Shown here one piece after another: positions 55,154 through 64,000 of a stretch of 64,000 bases of DNA. Numbering within the stretch: the stretch's first letter is position 1; each line of letters opens with the position of its first letter. The stretch lies in assembly GCA_964016885.1 (NCBI GenBank), contig OZ024742.1, positions 306,900,001-306,964,000 of the forward strand, written 5' to 3'. Source of the DNA: Eledone cirrhosa. Lineage: Eukaryota. Made by a program: the position numbers and the translations under genes. The notes beneath the pieces are model-generated. The model had not been told where the DNA came from. It did no database searches and saw only the letters and a list, made by a program, of their open reading frames with translations.

Positions 55154-55403
55154 GTAACAGACTCATCAGGAGACAAACTCTGTTGGATAGTTAATTTTTC
55201 CAAAGCGATCGCGCCAAAAATAGATTAAAAAATGGCTGCGCTTTCTAGCAACCAGCCTACCCGCCGTAAGCAACTAATCACATTATTTCTAACTTGACCA
55301 CTGCCACGTCACGATTCTTAGCCATTTTTTAATTTATTTTTGGCGCGATCGCTTTGGAAAAATTAACTGTCCAACAGAGTTTGTCTCCTGATGTGTCTGT
55401 TAC
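55154..55403. repeat. 84-bp inverted repeat (55154-55237 / 55320-55403) at the LINE 5' end
   Basis: gtaacagactcatcagg...aaaaatggct versus agccatttttt...cctgatgtgtctgttac, with about 3 mismatches. Confidence 0.92.
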
Positions 55404-55777
55404 TCTAGGTTTATCCTTAACAGTAGGATATCTAAAAATACGGACGAAACCATGGTAGAGATGTAATTACGGTATGTACACGTTTCTTCTAAGTTTAAAT
55501 TTACATCTAATTGTGTATGGTTGACGGTATATTTAGTCAGTTTCTACATGCTGTTTAAATGTTGGGTAAATACTCTATTGGGGTCACCGCGAAGAAGCCA
55601 CTTTCGGTTATTTATCAAATATTTCTTCATAGGCCCTTTATTCTTATAGCCTGGTCTAATTGATTTTTTATATGGTTAATTATGCTAAATGGGAGAGGAA
55701 ATGGTATATATTTTATCTAATAATTCTAAGGACATGATTTATGATATATATATATAACCATGCATATACATTTACAT

Positions 55778-56230
55778 AAATACCGGGATGTGTCCGACCA
55801 CTTCCTCTTCGCACTGGTCGCCGTCGAGACCTCGGGCGTTCTTGGACCACGTACAGCTGAGCTCCTCCGCAAGATCGGAAAGTCGGTGGCCCGTCTGAGG
55901 AGGGAGCCCGCGAGGTTGGGTGGGTGTTGCAGCGGATGTCACTGGCCATTGTCCGCGGGACACAGCCCTTCTGCTTCATGCCCTAGGCCCAAAGCCCAAT
56001 CACTCTCATCCTTCACACCTCCCCTCTCTTCTATGATGCCAGAGTTCTTACCATCCCTCCCCTTCCCTTCCCGTTCTTTTTTTTTCTTTTTCTCTTTTTT
56101 CTCTATATTTTCCTATTCTTTCTTCTTTTGTTTTTTTATTATTGCTGTTGTTGTTGTCGTTATTATGTATATATTATTGCTTGTGCTATTAATATATTCC
56201 GTCTATGTAAGCCTATGTTCCTTTTAGTGT
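55778..56230 (+). mobile_element. CRE-like (RLE-type) non-LTR retrotransposon 3' fragment with pyrimidine-rich 3' UTR
   Basis: KYRDVSDHFLFALVAVETSGVLGP...LRKIG...RREP, then after a frameshift WVLQRMSLAIVRG. Confidence 0.75.
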
Positions 56231-57801
56231 GAATCCATACACATATTTCTTCTTCGCTACAGATATATATGTGATCAATGTTTACGTTTGTGTGCATGTG
56301 TGTTTGTGTATATGTGTATGTATATCTGAGTGTGTTTCTATGTGTGTACGTGTGCGTGATATAGTAACAGAGAATGATAACGAAACATGGTGATAATGTT
56401 TTTGTCTTCCCATGTGCGTATGTGCATAAATGTTAGTGTGATGATTCGTAATACTACGTAATGGAGACACGATCAAGAGTCTCGGCAAGATGTATGAATG
56501 GTTAGGAAAAGTCATTAATATTTTGCAACGATTTCAGCTTCAATGCCAGTCATAGTGAGAACAGAGACGAGGAAGAAGAAAGTTGGCGAGCCACAAAGAA
56601 CGTGTACGCTTTGAAATCGTCCACGACGATAGTTTCAGCAAAAGGTGATGCTGGAAGAAGTTTCTTTTTATTCAAGATCGAGGAGGTCGAGTATGAAAGA
56701 GTGATCTTTGAAACAAATATATTTGATGTGAGATCTTACACAGACAACTTTTGCTAGACCGATCAGATATTCTTAAATAAAGATCTCGAAATTTGCTTAG
56801 GCAGAGAATGTAGAAACTTTCAAAGAAAGACTGGCTTCTCTCAGGGTTGGGGGGAGGAAAGACACATTCGGATGCTGTTATATTACGTGACATATGGGTT
56901 AAAAAGCATTCATTGAAAATTGATTTAGATTGTAATGTAAAAATCCCGGAAAAACATAAATTGTGTAAAAAGTAATAGAAGACTTCATCAAAGATGAGTA
57001 TAAATACAGAGAGGTCAATTCATATAATAGTAGACATATAAATGCAAAACTAAAAACAAAAATATAGTGTTTAATGTGTTTTTGGTTAGTATATCATAGT
57101 ATATCCCATAGGGCGGTTAGGATCAGCAGGATTCTTAACCCTTTTATAATATTTCCTTTCGGTGCTGAAATAAAAATGTTTAGGCTATGTATATAGAATC
57201 TCAAAACACCAAAACAAAACTATAGCTAGATGCATACATGGTGGTGAGTATGCAGAATCATTAGAATATACTGTAAAGTGCCTTGCAGTATTTGTTCCTC
57301 TCGGGGTCGAGAAAATAAAGTACTTGCCCAGAATAGTTGATTCTGAAAGCATTAAAGTATCGATTATAGGAAGACTTAATTCATGTTCTCGTTTAACACC
57401 AACAACTGATCCGTTAGAAGCAATTAGAGCCGGGATTCGGTCACTATCACAAGGTTACATATAAATTCTTAATCATTTAGACATAAACATACCAACATAT
57501 AAATCTGCTAACAAACACGTATTCATATACGGCATATAAAATACTTTACTTACTACACACATGTAGTATATGCAGGCACCCGTAATGAGAACCCTATATA
57601 TAGCCACACACACACGTGCGCGTGTGCAGGTATAGCTGTATACGTAATCACATACATACAAGCACATATATCTTAACTAATCCCACAGATATATAAGAAG
57701 TGCTTAAACGAGGAAACAACAGAGTCGTTACAGCGTCCAGTAGATGCTAGCCTTTCATCCTTTCGGAATCAACGTTCGAAATCCGGCCTAGTACTGAAGT
57801 C

Positions 57802-57862
<61 letters not shown>

Positions 57863-58174
57863 AATAGGCTTCGCTGCACGGCACATTTGTTCGAAAACGC
57901 ATTAAATGTGATGATCTTAGACCTATTTGTTCAATCTAGCCTTGGACAATGTGCAGAACTTGAACTCAGAGCGCAATGAGATAGGAAGGTACCACAAACA
58001 ACTCGTCCGACGATCTAACAATTTCAGGAAACATCACAGCTGGACTGATATTTATTTATCGACCCGATGTAATCTGAATATTGTGTGCACAGAGCCGGAA
58101 GAAACAGAGTAATTAGTTTATATATTATTCAAATATGAATGAAAATACCCTCCTAATACAGACGCACACACCCG

Positions 58175-59042
<868 letters not shown>

Positions 59043-59269
59043 GACAAACAGTCAATACCTAAAAGCTTCTGAATGATACGTGGGGGGGGGGGGGGCTTCC
59101 TGGAAATATTATAAATATAAACGAAGAACAAAGTGACTATCTTAAATGATAAATGGAAAATTCTGGCCTCAGTATTGTTTTCATTTCAATTTAGCTTTTA
59201 TCTATTTCGTTTTTATTGTAATTAAGAGGAGAAGGTGCAGAGTGTGTGTGGAGGAGAGAACATTTTGGT

Positions 59270-59688
59270 TTGATGATTGTGGTGATAATGATGATGATTA
59301 TAGATGTGGTGGTGGTGGTGGTGGTGGTGGTGGTGGTGGTGGTGGTGGATGAAGAAAACGGTGGAGATGTTAAAGGTGGTGCTTGTAATTGCGCTTGAGA
59401 TCTGATTGATGATGATAAGGATGATATTGTGATGAAGAGAAAGAGGGGGAGGAGAAAGATGAAAATAGTGGTAGTGTTTTTTCTCTTTTTTTTTTTCTTC
59501 TACGACGTCGTAGGGGGATGCAGGGTGTAGAGAAGGCTGGTGTAATGTGGATGCTTATGATGATGATGGTGATGGTGATGAGAAAGATGACGACAATAAT
59601 GGTAGTGGTGTTGAAGGTGGCTGCTCTAGTGCGTGTAAAAATGATGATGAGATTGACGTTGATGTTGATTATAATATTTATAGAGATA

Positions 59689-59730
<42 letters not shown>

Positions 59731-60308
59731 ATAATAGCATTAAAATGTTGCTGCCGCCGCTGAAGATGACGATGATGATGATGGTGATGAATGAAGATGA
59801 TGACGAGGGCGACGGCGACGACGACGACGATAATGACCCCGTCGATGATGATGATGATGATGATGATTATGATGATGATGGCGACGTTGATTATGATGAT
59901 GACGACGATGCTTATGATGATGATGACGACGATGATTATGATGATGATGACGATGATTATGATGATGATGATGATGACGACGATGGTGATGATGATGATA
60001 ATGATGATGATGATGATAATGATGATGCTGACGAGGGTGATGATGGTGATGATGATAGTGGTGGTGCTGATTACTTTACAATGATGGTCATGGTTAGGAT
60101 TTCATTCTGATGCTAGTGGTAAGTAAAATAAAATAAAGAAAAGAAAATAATCACATTTAGACATTTCACAACACAAGAGAAAATAATATTAAAACATTAC
60201 TAAACGAAACAATAAATAACAGAAATATAATTATCAAAAATACCGTTCAATGAACGAAGAAAAAAATATAACAGCAACAATAATGATAACAATAATTGTT
60301 ATTATTAT

Positions 60309-60388
<80 letters not shown>

Positions 60389-60470
60389 AAGAAGAAGAAG
60401 AAGAAGAAGAAGAAGAAGAAGAAGAAGAAGAAGAAGAAGAAGAATTATAATGATAATAATAATAATTACG
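59270..60470. repeat. (GGT)n, (GAT)n, (AAT)n and (GAA)n microsatellite region
   Basis: Directly visible. Confidence 0.92.
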
Positions 60471-61214
60471 TATTTGAATAAAAATGCAGTAAAGAATATA
60501 AATTATAAGCAGAAATTAAATTGTAGGTTTGAAATGTTTGTCGGTTGTTATATATATTATTTGGATAGGAGAGTTTTTAATACATCCACCCCACTCCCTA
60601 TATATATATATATATGTATATGTGTAAGCATATATATATATATATAGAGAGAGAGAGAGGGGGGGAGAGGGAGAGAGAGAGATACATATAAATATAGAGT
60701 ATATTTTATATATTATTTTGAATTCTTTTTTAATATTTCTTTTTTATATAAATCTTTTTTTTTTTATAAATTCACATTTAATATTATTCATTTAGTTATT
60801 TATTATTATTGTTGTTGTTGCTTTTTCTATTTGAAATATTTATATATTTATATATTTATATATTTATACATTTATATATTTATATATTTATTCTATTTAA
60901 AAAATAGAAATTTTCAGCAGTGATTAGAAAGAAAATATAGAAGACAGACTTCTAAAGATGTAAAAAGGATAAAGCGAAGAAATGGGAAAGAAGTGGGAGG
61001 AGTAAGTAAGTGAGAAAATGAAATGAAATCAAAGAATGAAGATAGGAAAACGACAATGATGAGAATAAATAGGAGAAAGGATTAAATAACGATTTTTTTA
61101 TCCTTCTTCGGTTCTTTGTTGTTGATTTTACTTTTATAGATTTTAAAAAAAAATTGTAACAAAAGCAAGAAATTGAAAGATTTTAGAAGAGAATGCATGG
61201 TATGTAGCATTGTA

Positions 61215-61478
61215 GATGTATGTATGTATATATGTATGTATGTATGGATGGATGGATGTGTGTATGTATATATATATATATACATACATATATATATACG
61301 TACACACATACATACACACATACATACATATATTCATAAATACATACATATGTATATTATACATACAAACATACATACATACTTACATAAATACATACAT
61401 ACACACATACATACATGCATACATACACACATACACATATACATGCATACATACATATATACATACACACATCCATCC

Positions 61479-61510
<32 letters not shown>

Positions 61511-61755
61511 ATATATATGTATATAGGTATGTAAGTATGTATGTATGTATCCATGTATATGTGTATGTGTGTATGTATGCATGTATGTATGTGTGTATGT
61601 ATGTATTTATGTAAGTATGTATGTATGTTTGTATGTATAATATACATATGTATGTATTTATGAATATATGTATGTATGTGTGTATGTATGTGTGTACATA
61701 TATATATATGTATGTATATATATATACATACACACATCCATCCATCCATACATAC

Positions 61756-61786
<31 letters not shown>

Positions 61787-61804
61787 CATACATACATACA
61801 TACA

Positions 61805-61838
<34 letters not shown>

Positions 61839-61853
61839 CATACACATATCCAT

Positions 61854-61922
<69 letters not shown>

Positions 61923-62645
61923 TATGTAAGTATGTATGTATGTATGTATGTATGTATGTATGTATGTATGTATGTATGTATGTATGTATGAATCTATGTA
62001 TGTATATATGTATATATGAATACATATATGTATGTGTGTATGTATGTATATATGCATGTAGGTATTTATGTAAATATGTATTTATGTATGTACGTGTGTG
62101 AGTATATATGTATGTAAGTATTTGTGTAAATATGTATATATGTTTGTATGTATGAATATATATATGTATGGATTTATGAATGTATGTATGTATGTATATA
62201 TGTATGTGTGTATATATATGTATGTATATATTTGTATGTATATATGTATGTATGTGTGTGAGTATATATATATGTAAGTATGTATATATGTATGTGTGTA
62301 TGTATATATCTATATATGTATGTATATATGTATGTATATATGTACGTATATATGTATGTATGTATATATGCATGTGTGTATGTATATATGTATATATATA
62401 TGTATGTATATATGTATGTATATATGTATGTAAGTATGTATGTATATATGAATCTATGTATGTATGCGTATATGTATATATGAATGTATATATGTATGTG
62501 TGTATGTATGTATATATGCATGTATGTATATATGTATGTAAGTATGTATTTATTTATGTGTGAGTATGTGTGTATGTAAGTATTAGTATATGTATGTATA
62601 TATGTTTGCATGTATGAATGTATTTATGTATGTATATATGAATGA

Positions 62646-62683
<38 letters not shown>

Positions 62684-62856
62684 ATTTATGTATCTATGTA
62701 TCTATGTATATGTTTATATGTGTTTGTGTATATATGTATGCATGTATGTATGCGAATAAATGTAGATGTATGAGTGAGTGTATGTGTCAGCATTTTTGTA
62801 TATTTATGTGTGTATTTTATATATATCTATATGGATGAATATATGCAAGTACACAC

Positions 62857-62915
<59 letters not shown>

Positions 62916-62990
62916 TGAGTGATGTATGTATGTGCATGAGTGAGTGTGTGTGTGGAGATATATATATATATATATTATATATGCTTATAT
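61215..62990. repeat. Degenerate (TATG)n/(CATA)n/(TA)n region containing an inverted duplication
   Basis: Directly visible. 61237-61455 mirrors 61540-61755. Confidence 0.9.
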
Positions 62991-63067
62991 TCATGTGCAT
63001 GTATGGATCTCTATAAGTGTCCATTCATATAAAATGCAATGCTCCCTGGCCACCTAGGTATCCCTAC

Positions 63068-63127
<60 letters not shown>

Positions 63128-63754
63128 AAATGTATATATATATATATATATATATGTATAATGAATTTAGAGCAATACAATGTTAAATGCATAGAAGCAT
63201 TTGCAATTATTTCTATATTGATTTAATTGTATGAATATATGTACGCATATATGTATATATATATATAATATATATATATATATATACACAATTAAATTAA
63301 TTCACTACAACAGTTACATAACTTGTATATGCACGTTTAGTACGCCAGTTCATCGCTACCCCGTATCATGGTCGATTGACTTCCAGAGTATCTTTTTATA
63401 TATAAAAGTTCAATGAGGAGAAGTAATTAGGTAGCATAAATTCTGCTGGATAAAGTAATGGAGAATTCTAATAAAATTTATAAAGTGTGCTAACTGAAGT
63501 TCATAGAATTGAAGATTAACGTATAAGCGTTATGGTAAGCGGCTTATCTTGTAAGAAAGTTTACCCTTCTTGAGATGTGACCAATAGCTTCAGCCCAGCC
63601 TCGGCCAATTCTACAAAACGAATTTCATTTCATGCTGGTAGTGGTTAAAGAAATCAAGATGGGTGTTCTAGCATCTCTTATTGAATGATAGGTTTCTGAG
63701 TGTATTCCACCTTTCATTAATGCATAAATATATATATGTACATATGTACCTATA

Positions 63755-64000
63755 TATTCTATTCTATTCTAAGGCGGGTAAAATTCCCGAGATCCATGGA
63801 CGAGTTCTCTCCAGCGGTCTCTGTCCCTCATTATCGCTGCCATGTCCTGCGTCTCCAACAGACCAGTGTCTGTCCTTAGAGCATCAACATACGTGAACCT
63901 TGGTCTTCCTCTTCTAGTGTGTCCATGTAGGGGCTCCCAAAAGGAGCACTGAGTGCAATGTCAACTCTGGATGTCGGTGAGCATGTCCAGCTAACCTCAG
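63755..64000 (-). mobile_element. RTE-clade LINE 3' end with (TAGAA)n tail, continuing beyond the window
   Basis: Nearly identical to 32813-33021 and contiguous into 32106-32147. The tail reads tattctattctattct on the plus strand. Confidence 0.92.

Larger units (their letters stand above)
49445..55319 (-). mobile_element. Near full-length Tx1/L1-clade LINE (decayed)
   Basis: ORF1 with a CCHC knuckle and ORF2 with APE-RT-CCHC in the expected order. The 3' end abuts (GATA)n. The 5' boundary is approximate. Confidence 0.92.

Noticed and set aside
59547-60110. Asp-rich 187-aa ORF suggestive of an acidic biomineralisation protein
   Set aside because: A degenerate (GAT)n tract that is also open as poly-Met in another frame. 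No signal peptide or splice evidence.

Overview
Eukaryotic, AT-rich, microsatellite-saturated repetitive DNA. The SINE families and repeat landscape resemble octopod cephalopods (recognition from memory, not a database search). I found no host protein-coding gene, rRNA, tRNA or CRISPR array. The content is retroelements and satellites. (1) Three Penelope-like elements (RT + GIY-YIG) end in (TA)n tracts: two have inverted pseudo-LTRs and long open ORFs, and one is Naiad-like. (2) Four hammerhead-ribozyme motifs are readable in their 3' regions, one of them a U3-A8 core variant present in both arms of a 0.94-kb inverted repeat. (3) A near full-length, decayed Tx1/L1-type LINE sits against a (GATA)n tract. 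(4) RTE, R4-like and CRE-like LINE fragments are present, one RTE copy with a twin-priming-type inversion. (5) There are several tRNA-type SINEs, an 11 x 59-bp minisatellite, and an 8.5-kb GT-rich satellite with higher-order duplications. The most notable structure is a nested, palindromic Penelope cluster at about 37.2-45.5 kb. Nearly all short ORFs in the track are microsatellite translations or antisense shadows.
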